Made by a program: the position numbers and the translations under genes
Shown here: piece by piece, positions 50,150 to 63,279 of the stretch
Layout of the letters: the number at the start of each line of letters is the position of its first letter
How positions within the stretch are numbered: position 1 is the stretch's first letter
Source: Schmidtea nova
Taxonomy: Eukaryota
NCBI GenBank assembly: GCA_044892505.1
Contig: CM097882.1
Location: 44,268,001-44,332,000, forward strand
Direction: 5' to 3'
Length of the DNA stretch: 64,000 bases
The notes under the pieces: generated by a model
Told to the model about the DNA's origin: nothing
Database searches by the model: none
Seen by the model: only the letters and a program-made list of their open reading frames with translations

Positions 50150-50540
50150 CTGAATGCAATAGAGCTGATGTTGTTTTCATTCCACGAACAGACTTGGCAC
50201 CGAATGATATAAAGCTTCCATTCATTATCAAAAGACGTCAATTCCCCATAATTCCTGCGTACGCAATGACGATCAACAAATCCCATGGTCAAACCTTTGA
50301 TTACGTAGGGATTCACCTAAAAGAGCCAGGCTTTTCACATGGCCAGTTGCATGTCGCTCTAACAAGATGTAGGAATCCTCAACATCTCATAGTTCATATC
50401 AAGGCCAACAAACTCCAAGAAAGGCTTCAAAACAATACAAACCATTACACTCAGAACATTGTTTACAAAGAATTTTTTTCAAATTAGTACAATTTAAAAA
50501 AAAATAAAACTGCACCGTCTTAGGACGGGTCGATAATAAA
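50150..50540 (+). mobile_element. Helitron RepHel C-terminal PIF1 helicase fragment and 3' hairpin
   Basis: VFIPRTDLAP...LPFIIKRRQFPIIPAYAMTINKSHGQT...FSHGQLHVALTR...TQNIVYKE; hairpin CCGTC-TTAG-GACGG at ~50516-50529. Confidence 0.88.
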
Positions 50541-53500
50541 AACAAAACCAAATTAGAGTTTGTACACTACGCTGACATTTAATTTGTGATTATTTCATTC
50601 TTCATATTAACAATGTAATTAATTGATGATCAATTTTAATAATATTTTTTATTTGAAAATTCATTTTTTATTGTAAACTTCATGTTTCAATTAACTTTTA
50701 TTTCATTTTTAATTATGATGTCATAATTAATTCTAAAAGCAGTTTCAATATATTAGAATATATAAATATTGAAATGACGGTTTGACTAAAATTATAAATA
50801 TTTATATTAAATAGTAATCAGGATTAATAATTATTTATTTAAATAGTAAACCATTCAGTATATAAAGCCGGTGAAAAAATACAGAACTGGCTATATCATT
50901 TCTCGTTAAAATTTTTCGCATAAAATTCGAAGAAAAAATGAAATATATCAGCACAAAAAAGACTGAACAAAGTTATTATTAATTCACAATACATATTGTA
51001 AACATACAAATTACATACACAATACACGCACCTCGCAATCATCAGATTTCAATGGATTTTTATTTTGGAAGTATATATAAAACTGTATTGGATATTGTAA
51101 AAAGTAAATTTTTGTTTAAAAATTTCTATTAAAACGACTTTTCTTAGTTAATTATATGGACACCAGTGCAAATTGAGATTTCAGATAACTGATACCTCAA
51201 CAAATAGCGAAACGAAATTATTACTTAGGTTGTGTCAATTTGTTGTAAGGTGGCCTACGTCCACCACATATGTTGGGCGATCTGTGCATTTATTTAACTT
51301 AAATTTTATTTTAAAAGTTTTAACCGACCAATTTCATTTAGATCAATTTTTGTATGTCGCAGTTAAGAATTACCCTTTTATGCATATGTTATTATTTATT
51401 AATCTCTGTACTGTTACATGTTTTGCAAAGCATTTCTCGCTTTAATGGATAGTCCTAATTTTCTTAAATTCGTGTAACTCTCGTGCAATTCGATAGTAGT
51501 TTATTTCTTAGTTCGACTGCAAAATTACTGTAATCCCGTTACAATTTTTACTGAATGACTTGTGGTTATTTATTAACTTTACGCTACACAAATGAGGAGT
51601 GAGCTCTATATTATATTCAAACATGGTCCGGCTCTGGGTGAACATCGCTTTGGAATGCGTAACAATTATAATAGAATATACGAGTAACGTTTACTAGTCG
51701 AACTTCGACTGGTTACTCTAATAGATTATGACGATAAACACAGTTATAACTGTCCCTTCCCTTATTCTGGTTTCTGTGTTACCTCCTGATTAGGGTTACA
51801 TATTTGAATTTGCTTATGAGACGATCTAAAAAGATGCCCCAGTTAGCTTCTTTTAAAGTGTAATTGTGAAAAATGTATAAATTATTTAAAATACCTTCTC
51901 GGTTACTACATACGATTGTTTTCGCATTCCGCTCATTAGGGCCTGTTAAATGTGGGTCTACAAAATTGTTCAAGGAGCTCGTTCGCCAGCGTCAGCTGCT
52001 CATTACACTTTACCATGGGACTCAAAGAATCTCATGTCGATAAACTGGCGTTCGAATAATCTCTAATTGGGTCATGTGTCGGTGATTTTAATTCTTGTCC
52101 TGTAATTGTGCGTGCAATCGATTGGGTCAATATCGGAGTACAAAAATGAAAGGCTGAAAGTTCTAAAACATTTAATAAATAACAAAATTGTATACCGTAC
52201 AAAATAGAATCTTTCGGGACAAATCGGCTTAATCAAATAAACAAAATGAACACCAGTCGTTATATTACCGATTGGGGTCCGCATAAAATGGCCACTAACC
52301 TAAAGTAAAATAGCGCTTCACAATTTAAAGTTCAAAAAATAATAGTATTCAGAGTGTTTTAGCGTCAGTATATATAGAATATTTTTGATGACCTTGAATT
52401 AAAGTATTTAAACAAATCTACTGACATCATATATTCTATTAATAGTTTTTATTATTTTTATTCTCAAATTAAATTCTTACAAATTCTAAATTATTCCTAA
52501 TAATTTTATAATTTAATTAATTTGACATTTATTTCTTAAATTTATCATGAGTGTTTAAGTCTCTATCGAAATGGGAAATCCTTTTTCGCATGACTTGGAA
52601 ACCCAACTCCCAACAAATTTCTCGTACAGAAGGTGTCGGAATGATTGTACTCATTATCCGCATTAAAGCCTCTTCCAATGAATAATTTGATTGCATTTTG
52701 GTCATAAACATTGTTAAAAAATTCTGATCAAGTAATTCAGTCTCTACCGCTTAAACATGATGTTTCGCTTCATTAGTAGTGGCAGATACTAACCCTGGTG
52801 CTCGATAATTCTACACATTGTTATATCCTTGACTTTGGCTTATTGACATTTCTTTATTCATTAATTCGCATTAAATTTTCTTTAAATTGTTTTTTGATTA
52901 TCTTTTTGTGGAAAATAAATATTATACTTAAATAGTATCATAGATGTTTACATTATATGCATGGTGGCCTACATCTACCATATCTCGTGTGCATTTGAGT
53001 AGTTTATCGATTTAAATTGTACTCAAATTTCATTCAGTTAAGTTTTATTGTTGTTAGTGAAAATCCACTCGGCTATGTATACGATTTTATTCATCATTTC
53101 TTTCACGGCTAAATTTCTAAAGAATTCGCTCAATGAGGGAATTCTAATTTACTAAATTTTATGTAATTATATTGTCTTTCGACTGTAGTTTATTCGTTAG
53201 GTTATTTATCATTCTCTCATTAGCTTTGAACCTCATTACCATGACTAACAAAAAGGAGGATCGATTCAATATAATAATCTTGCATGGTTCGGCTCTGGGT
53301 GAACTTCACTTCGAAACAAGTACCACTGTTATGTTCAACGGGAAATGGGTTAAAGATAGCACAAGAAACTTTGTGAGAGAGTTTAATTAATTTATTAATA
53401 GAATTATTTATTTATTTACCTGACTCCAAACTATCGAATTATCTTTATAAATATATGATTATTTGGTTGCGTTGAATATCAAGTGATATTAATAAATCAA

Positions 53501-55399
53501 AATACTCTCTTAACACTTTTATTTATAACTAATGTACAAGTTTACTAAAGAAAATAAGACCCATATCAATTGATCAATTCCGTCACTTATCAGCAAGCAA
53601 TACGATTCCTTCTAATGGCAGGACACCGTTGATATAAAATAAATTCAGAGGGTACACTAAAGAAGCCAATTACTTTATGTACGGAAATTTAAAACTATTT
53701 ACCTCATTTAATTAAACAAATATATTTTTAAGCTAGTTACGTTGAATTAAAACTGTCTAAACGAAATCTGCTTTAATACTAATTTTATTGTTCAGTTGTC
53801 TTCACAACACCCTGTCCGATATAAATGTTAATATTTTCTTTTCACACAAATTCGCTTTTAAATGCCACAGATCATATAAAATATTTCTGTCGTGCAAACT
53901 AGACTTTGAATATCAAGATTGATGATTCCTCACTATTTTAAATGTCAAATTCCTGTTTACTGTGATTTTGATTGTCGGTTTATTTTCCAGGGTACTTGAT
54001 TTAACCATACAAATTGTTGACATTCGCAACAGGTTTTATCTCAGTCTTTGTTCCTCGTTTTTAACCATGCTATTCTTTAATTGTTCTGAGATATTTTTTT
54101 GTTCTGATTTACTTACAAACTTTTTCTCCTTTTATACTTAAATTATAATATTAATTACTATAAATATCTTTTTGATAATTATAAATTACTATAAATAATT
54201 CTAAATTAATTTAGAATTATATATCTAATTTTAGTATTTATCTATCTATTTTTAGCAATTACAAATTACCAACAATAGATTTTTGAAATTATTTAAATTA
54301 TTTTCTAGAAATTAAGGTTGAGGTCTAAGGGCCTATTATTAACACCGCGTATTATAGAAATACACTTATTTCTTAAATTTATCAATTTTATCTAAATATT
54401 ATTTATCTAAACGTTATAATATATCTTTCGCTATTTTTACAATAAGTATTTTGTTTTTCCTGCTCTCTGCTTGATTTTAGTCTAGAGTTTTCGAGTTATT
54501 TTTACTTGTGAATTTATTTAATTTTAAATCGAGTTGAGGTCTCTAATGNNNNNNNNNNNNNNNNNNNNNNNNNNNNNNNNNNNNNNNNNNNNNNNNNNNN
54601 NNNNNNNNNNNNNNNNNNNNNNNNNNNNNNNNNNNNNNNNNNNNNNNNNNNNNNNNNNNNNNNNNNNNNNNNNNNNNNNNNNNNNNNNNNNNNNNNNNNN
54701 NNNNNNNNNNNNNNNNNNNNNATTATATTTTTATTAAAAATAAAAATAAACAATATATCCACTAAACAATTACACCAAATATCACAAATAGATTTTTGAT
54801 CTTTTATGAATTTATTTTTATAAATGTGTCATATTGTGTGTATGTTCTTCAGTGCGTGCTATATGTAAATTTTTCTTTATAAAGGTGTTGGACATTTTTG
54901 TTCTGTCCGTATGATTTAATTTTCTCGCAGGATTTCCCATTGAGATATTTATTGTCGCAAAAGATTTTTGATGAAACTAAGTTTCAAAAATTTGTGGCCA
55001 ATTTTTGTTATTTTGTTTGCCTTTATATACTATTCTGTGCAATGTTTATTCAGCTATTATTTCTTGTTTAATTACTATATAAATAATTTTTTAAAAATTA
55101 TATTGGAAATGAATTCATTTAAATATTTAAAATAAATTGTACAAATATAAATCCATTATTTCTCGATTAAATCAATATCACTTGAAATCCATTAACAATT
55201 ATTTTTCACTTAAAAATAGAAAAATAAATAACTATTTATAAAAATAAATCCATATTCATATCAGTAAATTTATAAAAATATATAATAAAATAAAATAAGT
55301 CCATATATGCATTAAATGTTACATATCCATATCAATAAATTTATACAAATATATAATAAAATAAAATAAGTCTATATATACATAAAATGTTAAATGAAT

Positions 55400-58073
55400 G
55401 TCATAAAGATAAGATATGTAGTATGCAGAGATGTCTAAAAGGATAAACACAATTTAAAGGGATATCAAATGTTAAATAATGTCAATTGTCATAAGGGTGA
55501 TATTGTTGTTTGAATCGTATAGATTTTTTGATTGAAGGGTTAACTTGATTGACTACGTGGCATGAGAATTGAAATGAACTGATTCGCTAATTGATGTTCA
55601 TGGTTGTTTGTTGGGGTTTGATTGTTCTTGATTGTTGATTGTGCATGCGGGTTCTGCATAAAAAAAGACACACTATAATTTTCTGACAGGAGAATTGTGT
55701 CGATGGGATTACCCTCGTCATCCAAAACTTCCTCCCAGAGCCATCAAAGTAATGTCCTCATTACCTTTGTCGCACAGGATCAGGTCGATTTATTTCTCTT
55801 TTATTTGTATTGTTGTCTTTCGAAACCCATTTCTATTGCAAGATTTCCGTGCTCAATTTGTCGTCAAAATGAGTGCAGAGATTTTATTCTGAGACATATT
55901 TTCTTTCTTTATCTATTATAATATACGGTTCCTCCGGTTCTATCCAATCGACTTACATCTCAACGCTCGGTTCTGGTCCGATATCTTCCTTAGTTATGTT
56001 GTTCTTTCCACTTGTTGATGGTTCTTCACTATTTTCTTCCATTTCGTTGCTGTTTCTGCTTGTTGAATGTTCTTCCATACTTTCATCTAAGGAGAAATAT
56101 TCCTTATCTGGATCTAGGTCACATTCGTCCATTCTTTCGTATAGTATTTTCGTATCTTGGGGTATGCTTTAATTTCCTGAACTTGAATCTTAGGGGTTTT
56201 TCTTTTATGAATATGAGGTCATCAACGTCGCTCATCCATGAATATTTTTCTTGGTCCATCACGATTGACGTTTAACTCCCATTGAAGTGGTTCCATGCAT
56301 TCTCCTTCTTCGTATTCACTTTCTACCTCCCTTTCAAATATTGTTTCTAGTTGCTCTTCCTACTCATTTACTTGTCTTCTTTTAAGGAATGTTGCGGAAT
56401 CCCATCTGATAACTTCTTCCCATTTGTTTTCTGTAATGTCGTAGGTGACTTTTAGGATTAGCGTGGTGATCTTTGTTGAGAATGGCTCGAGTTGTCTCAG
56501 TATGTCGTTTAACTTTTTATCTTTGTACCAACCTTTGTGGTAATTGATCACCTGGTAAGCCAAATTTGATATTTTTATTTTTCGTGGGGCTTCATTTTTT
56601 ACAAATAAGCACATGAATCGGTCTTGTGCCATTTCTCTTATGCCCATAAGGTTATCCTGATCCATTGCCAATAGTTTTAATTTGTCTAAGATATTGAACC
56701 TTTTATAATTTTTCTGTGGAAAAGTTTTCGAATCTCATTTAGAGCTTTTTATTCGTTCTCATTTCCAATTATATTTTCTTTGGTGCCCTTTGTTTTTTCT
56801 GTGTAGAATACTTATACTATTGTTCTTGGGGTGATAAACTTGTTGTATAGAGTTGCTTATATTTTACTTGTGATACAGACCTCCACTGGTCAAAAATTTT
56901 CTTTATGTCTTGGATTAATTTGATGTCTACGAACACAGTTAACGAATGTTTTGCTTCTGTTGATAAATAATGATGCGTAAAGGATATTTTATGGTTTATC
57001 ATCTCTTCACTTATTTGTAGGATTGATTGTATTGGATCCAATTTTATAAATGGATTTGGAATTGTCGGGATGTATAGAAAACAAACTTTGAAAATAGAAA
57101 TAATCGCTTGAGGAAAGTTTTATTGACTATAATAGAAATAATAATAAAAACAATTTTAGAGACAGTCATTCTGACGAAATAATAGAGAAAGTCGTTCAGA
57201 TTATAATAGAAATAGAGGATAATAGAGGATAATAACATAATTAAAATATAAATGTTTCATCTTTACCCAGGGGATACGGTTGTCCTTAATCTTCAGCTCA
57301 GGTTTTACCTCTATTGGTTTTTCATTTTCAACAGCATCCATCTCTGGTCTAAATCTATCTCTCTGTATTGCTTCAATGTGTTTTACCTTTTGAACTAACT
57401 TATTTAAATTTCAATTCTAATAGTAATTATTGCCTTGTATAAATATTTTTGGATTCTGTTCCAAAATTGATCCTCAATTAATCTAGTAGGTTGTTCTGCT
57501 CCAAATGCTTTTTTCGCTGACTCGGTTATCGTATAAATATATTCACCTACTGATTCTCTTTCTCCTTGATATCTATTTTTAATTTTTTTTACATTTATTT
57601 TCTGTAAATCTATCTATTACTATCTCCTCTCTTAAATTTGCAACTAATTGATTATAATTATTTCTCTTACATTCTAAATTATTATATGCCTGTAGTGCAT
57701 ACCCTTTTAAATACAATGGGATTCTTTGTTTTAATTCGTCAGGTGTCCACCCGCAAGCTTCTGCACACTGGACCATCTCAGCAAAAGTCATTGACATTTT
57801 CGGGCTCTCCCTATATGATTCTACGGGTAATGTTTTTATGAAATTCTGATGGTGATTATTATTATTATTCATCCTATATATTATTCTATTCCTTAGGTTG
57901 TATACTATTTCAGGTGGGTTATCTATTTTAATTTATTGAAATTTTTATTTGGTCAATAATAATATTTGATATAAATATATTTTCCCGATATATGCTACAC
58001 TAACCCTCTGATCGCAATAGCTATCCTCCAAATAACAATAATTAATTTTTATGTCCCGGTTTGCGGCACCAAA
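55400..58073 (-). mobile_element. Internally deleted Gypsy element: PBS, gag and integrase-like remnants adjoining a family A 5' LTR
   Basis: PBS TGGTGCCGCAAACCGGGA (58071-58054, most like the tRNA-Phe 3' end) lies 2 nt from the LTR's CA; gag ORF 57872-57579 (ACGW...IPLYLKGYALQAY); no RT recognised. Confidence 0.7.
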
Positions 58074-59132
58074 TGTTTAGGTCTCGAATGTTTAGACTTA
58101 AACGTGCTATGGGGTCTAACTATATTGTTGAATGTATTTTTTATTATAATATATATTGTAAATGATTTTATGTTTTTATCAACAGAAATCTGCAAGGGCC
58201 CAAAAGAGTCTCCCAAAGCTTATTGTGGGGACAATTGGAGTGTATGCTTGTAAACTTTTGTGTAAGTGAAATATAATCTTAACAAATAAATTAAAATCTT
58301 AACAAGTAACGAACTTTAAACTAATTATTTTTTTGCAAAGATAACAATGTAGCTAAAACAGGTACTCACTAATAGAATGTCTATTTAGAATAAAGGAATC
58401 GGCTTAGTTCTTTTTTTCCCTTTCAGTATCAAAAAATAGGTTTTTGAATAATTCTGACTTTAACTTTTTAATTTTTCCAATCGTTTCCAATCTATTTCTG
58501 ATTTGCCTTAAATTAGGATTTTGATGGAATTTTATATTCTCTTGTATTTACTAATTTTCTTTATTTCTTAATTGATTTTTATTTTTGTCTTCAAATTTGT
58601 TTCGTAAGTTTTCTTTTACAATTAGTTAGTTCTTTTTTTCCTTTCAGTATCAAAAAATAGGTCTTTGAATAATTCTGACTTTAACTTTTTAATTTTTCCA
58701 ATCGTTGTAATCTATTTCTGATTTGGCTTAAATTAGGATTTTGATGGAATTTTATATTCTCTTGTATTTACTAATTTTCTTTATTTCTTAATTGGTTTTC
58801 TATTTTTGTCTTCAAAAATGTTTGGTAAGATTTTCTTTTTAAAATTGTCGTAAGTTAGTTGAAAGCTGGTTATAATAAATAGTTTTGGAATTTTCTTTTA
58901 ATTTTCAAATTCAATTTCATTATTATTCCATCAAAAATCGATATCTCTAATTTATTATTTGGCCTGATATAGCAATTTGCTATAGCAAGCCAAATTCAAA
59001 TTCACAGCTAAAATAACATAATAAAAATTAGGACTACGATCATAACTAAAAATCAAAATCATAATAAAATCACTCTCATAATAAAAACACCATAATAATC
59101 TAATTCATACTTAAAAATCACAAAATGGGAGT
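58074..59132 (-). mobile_element. Family A LTR (5' LTR of the adjacent Gypsy) with a 222-bp internal tandem duplication
   Basis: AGAGTC...GGGACAATTGGAGTGTATG motif; GGTACTCAC; duplication 58404/58626; hairpin at 58959-58993. Confidence 0.75.
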
Positions 59133-59299
59133 NNNNNNNNNNNNNNNNNNNNNNNNNNNNNNNNNNNNNNNNNNNNNNNNNNNNNNNNNNNNNNNNNNNN
59201 NNNNNNNNNNNNNNNNNNNNNNNNNNNNNNNNNNNNNNNNNNNNNNNNNNNNNNNNNNNNTTGTGATTAGATTTTTATTAAAAATGAAACTTACAAATA

Positions 59300-61343
59300 C
59301 AGTCGATTCCGCTTAATTGGGACACATCGGGACTTATGCATTTTGTCCCAATTAAGCGGCTGCCCCAATTAAGCGGCTGTCCCAATTGAGCGAATTTTTT
59401 TTCTTTATTTAATTTGGTTTTGGCAACAAAGTCGATAAACCAGTACTACAAATATAATGGAACACCATATATATTTTTTGGTTTTATTTTATAACCCCTT
59501 TGCTCAAATTACATTTGGGTAATATAAATTAGGGGTATTTATTCATATAAATTATCTTATAAATAAAAAAAATTACTGCAAATAAACCTTTGAGGAAAAA
59601 AAATAAATAAGTGGCTCACTAAATTTAATTCAATCACAAATATGAGTCAAGAGAGACCTGTCTTTTGTTTTTGTAACATTTCACTTCTACAAAATCAGCA
59701 CAGATTGTTAGTGCGCCCGTAGGGCTCCCTTCATTTCCTTCCTGCATAAAATAACGCTGTAACGCGACCATACATTTTTTAGCCTCCTGGTTAGTCACAG
59801 GAATAGGTGATTCCTCGTCATCCTCGCCATCGGTGTCTAGTTTTTTATTTTTTGATTTAATACTTTCTACAATTGAATCCACACAGTCTTCATTGTCGTC
59901 GTAACATTGTAAATTGTTTTCTATTGTTGAAAACTTTTCGTTGTTAATAAAAGGGACTTGCTGCATGTTCTCATTTTCTTCAATGCTTGAAATTTCGGCA
60001 GCATCTAAGAATCGAAAGCCAAAATTTTCAAAACAGTTTCGTATTGTGGTGGGTTTTATAGCTCGCCAACTGTCGGTCACAAACTGTAAAGCTTGCAAAA
60101 GTGAAATTTTTGAACTTATCTCTCTGGCTGTTGCTGAACTTGTCAATAAATTTTCATCAATGGATTCTAATATGTAGTTAACCAATTTTCCGCGATACAA
60201 AGTCTTAAAATTTTTTATTACCCCCATGTCCATCGGTTGCACTAAAGATGTGGTATTAGGCGGAAGAAATTCTAGCTGAATGTTTTTTAAATTGTCTTAA
60301 CGAGGGTGTGCCGCACAATTATCAACAAGTAGCAAGATTTTTCTTTGTTCTAATTGCAAATTTCGATCCCAACTAGCAAGCCAATTTCGAAAAATTGGGC
60401 TTTTTTATATTTGATGTTGTGTCTTGCTTTCCATCGCGATAACCAACCATCAGTTGCTTTGAAATCATTGTGGCCTAGTTTTTTAGCTAACTCTTCGGAC
60501 TTAGCCTTTAATATTGGACCATTTATATTTACGCCCTTGCCACTGACAATAAAAAACCATTGATCTAACGCTTCTTTAACGCCTGGATCCTTACCATCGC
60601 GTTTTCTTTTGAATGTGGCTGCTCGTCCTTCTTCTAACATCCATTCCTCGCGCAGTTGATTTTCTTGTAATAAGACACGCGATATGGTGGATTTAGGCAC
60701 ACCAGTTATCTCAGCAAGCCGGCGACTGCTTGTATTAAGAGGCTGGCTTTTTATTTTGTCCAGCAAAGCGATTTTACTGGAAAGTGTCAAATCATTTCTT
60801 GGGTCAAAATTTTTAAATAAATTTAAAAAAAAATTACGCACTGTTTACCCACAAGGTGTATTGGCGACTGAATAAGGTATACGCAAGGTGGTGACGCGCC
60901 GATCAGCAGTATTAAATCGCAAATATAAAATTTTTTGTACAAATTTTTTTCTTGAGAATATTTAAACAATGGAATAAATCTTTATAATTTTTTTATTTTA
61001 CTTTAAAATTATTAAAATTACTTTTAAAAAATTAAAATTACTTTATCATCATCTAAATTACTTTATTATCATAATTACTTTAACCGATAAGCCTCAATAC
61101 TTTCTATTATGTTGATTAGTCGTTAAAATAAATTAACATAAAATTTTTTGTTAATAAAGAACTAACCTTAAAAAATGTATGTGCACATATCTTAAATTTA
61201 CTGTCCCAATTAAGCGGAATGTTGTCCTAATTAAAGATATAATTTTACTATTGTTTATAGGGTTTGGTTTCGGGTCTTTGAGATTTGTCCCAAATAAGCG
61301 GCTGCCCCAATTAAGCGGTGTCCCAATTAAGCGGAATCGACTG
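59300..61343 (-). mobile_element. Tigger/pogo transposon, internal-deletion derivative
   Basis: Perfect 26-bp TIR CAGTCGATTCCGCTTAATTGGGACAC; TA TSD; subterminal CCCAATTAAGCGG repeats; CENP-B/Tc5 HTH (60841-60350, FKATDGWLSRWKARH) joined to LLVDNC...FLPPNTTSLVQPMDMG. Confidence 0.95.
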
Positions 61344-61505
61344 TATATCCATTGAACAATTACACAACAAATAGTTTTTTGATCTTGATAAACCACATCA
61401 CCAACAGTTATTAAATCGTTCTGGAAACAAGAAGCTTTTCTTTTTAGTTAGCTAGATATTAAAAATAACAAATTTTTTATTGTTTAATAATTTTATATTA
61501 TTCAG

Positions 61506-61739
61506 AGTCAAGCTGCATCTACTCCAATTCTATGTTGTATTTCAAATTCTCTAAAAAGTTTTTCTGGTTGTTATTTTAATAATGGATGTATATGTGAACC
61601 GTCAATATTAGGACAAAGTAATAAAAATGGAAAAGTTTTATGGAATTATTTAACTAATAAAATAAGTAAAGTATTTTTAAACAGAAAATTTTGTTTGTTT
61701 ATTACTAAATTTGTTTTAGACGAAATAGAGCTTTCTTGA
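61506..61739 (+). CDS. WWOX: WWOX terminal exon (possible small intron at 61666-61719)
   Basis: After a TTCAG acceptor, SQAASTPILCCISNSLKSFSGCYFNNGCICEPSILGQSNKNGKVLWNYL aligns with human [48 protein letters not shown]; phase 0 matches the donor at 22378. Confidence 0.85.
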   Translation, partial: SQAASTPILCCISNSLKSFSGCYFNNGCICEPSILGQSNKNGKVLWNYLTNKISKVFLNRKFCLFITKFVLDEIELS

Positions 61740-62488
61740 TTAATGTTAAGTAAGTTTTAATCTTTTGATTTTCCTTTTATGTTATGTGAAATGACGAAGC
61801 AGGTGCCATATGAATAATTTATGTTTTTGCATGAAATTATTTTGATTATTTTTTAACTTTTTCTGAATCAATATTAAATATATTTATTTACCAATTTTTA
61901 AATTTTTAATTAATTATTATCATTTTAGAAACACCAGATACATGAAATCAAAATGAAATTAGAAATTAAAAAAAAATAATGTGAAAAGTACATTTGTAAT
62001 TTATTGTTTTTGACGAAATAAATCTTTTTTGATTAGTACTTTTTGTGTCAATTTTGTAATTGAGTAAAATGACAAATTAGTTGTTACATGGTTATATTTT
62101 ACTTCTATCTCATTTTTGCTAAATATTAGTTTTATTTAATAAATTCTTTTCATGAGAAATATGAAAGATTTACTCATGACTTAAGAAATTAGAGTGAAAT
62201 GTAAGATTTATTTGAAAGATACTTGAACTTTTTTTATCTAAATAAATGAATTTCATAAATTTAAGTTCTACTCTTTTTATTTGACTTTGAAATTGTGTAA
62301 AATGTTTAAACAATTGTAATGTAAAAAAAAATTATGAATTAACACTGTTTTTTTTCTTTTTTTTATTTTAAAAATGATGCAAGGAAATAAGAGCCAAATT
62401 TTGGATTAAAAGATTAATTATTCATTGAAAAGTGTATTTTAGCTAATTTTGTGTTTTAATATATAGTATATTTTGCGGAATTATAATC

Positions 62489-63152
62489 ATGAATGAAAAA
62501 AGTTATATTAAACAAATTTTAACTATTAAAGAGTATAAAAATTCTTTACATTCATTTCTCGAAGAGGAAAAAATTGACAGACCTAAGAAAAAAGTGTTTT
62601 ATAAATATTATTTTATAATGAATATTTTATTTTAGTCCCGTTATTTTGTTGATATTTTACAAAATGCTATCCAAATGAATGACTTGGATTCATTGGTTAA
62701 AATCTGGAAAGAATATGAAATACTGTATTTTAAGTTTCTAGATTTTGATAAGCAAAGAACAGCAGATATAATGAAATCGGATATGTTTAAAGCATTTTTA
62801 GTGGAATGCTGTAAAAATAAAAAGATGGAAAAAGTCAATATATTCTTCCATACAATGGGCTCATATATGCTAACTAATCAAAACGATTGGAATGATTGGC
62901 TAGGTAAAACGGTTATTGATTTTCTATTTTTGTACAATCTCTTTAGAATTTCCACTTGTGAAAAATCCCTCAGAACACAAAGTTTTTGGGATTTATTTCA
63001 CTCGATTGTGGTTTGACAATTTCTTTTTGTCCATGTTCAATTTCTTTATGCAAGTCGTTCGATCTGTTATGTCGTATGATAGTGATTTGGAGAATTATTT
63101 TTCCCTTGATATGCAACTGGACAATTGTATCAATCAAATTGCAACGAAAGAG
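62489..63152 (+). CDS. WDR91: WD repeat-containing protein 91-like, exons 1-3 (62489-62593, 62636-62903, 62947-63152); gene continues beyond the window
   Basis: FLVECCKNKKMEKVNIFF...NQNDWNDWL|EFPLVKNPSEHKVFGIYFTRLWFDNFFLSMFNF matches WDR91 YLVYTIQTNRNDKAQEFF...[42 protein letters not shown]; GT-AG junctions in frame. Confidence 0.8.
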
Positions 63153-63279
63153 GTTAATTAATATCCATAAAATTTCATATCAAAATTCATTTTATTACCA
63201 AATCAGTTAATATTTGAAAGATCAACTATAAAAAACTATTTAAACGCATTCCGTGCGGAAAAATTGATTTTAATTCAGA

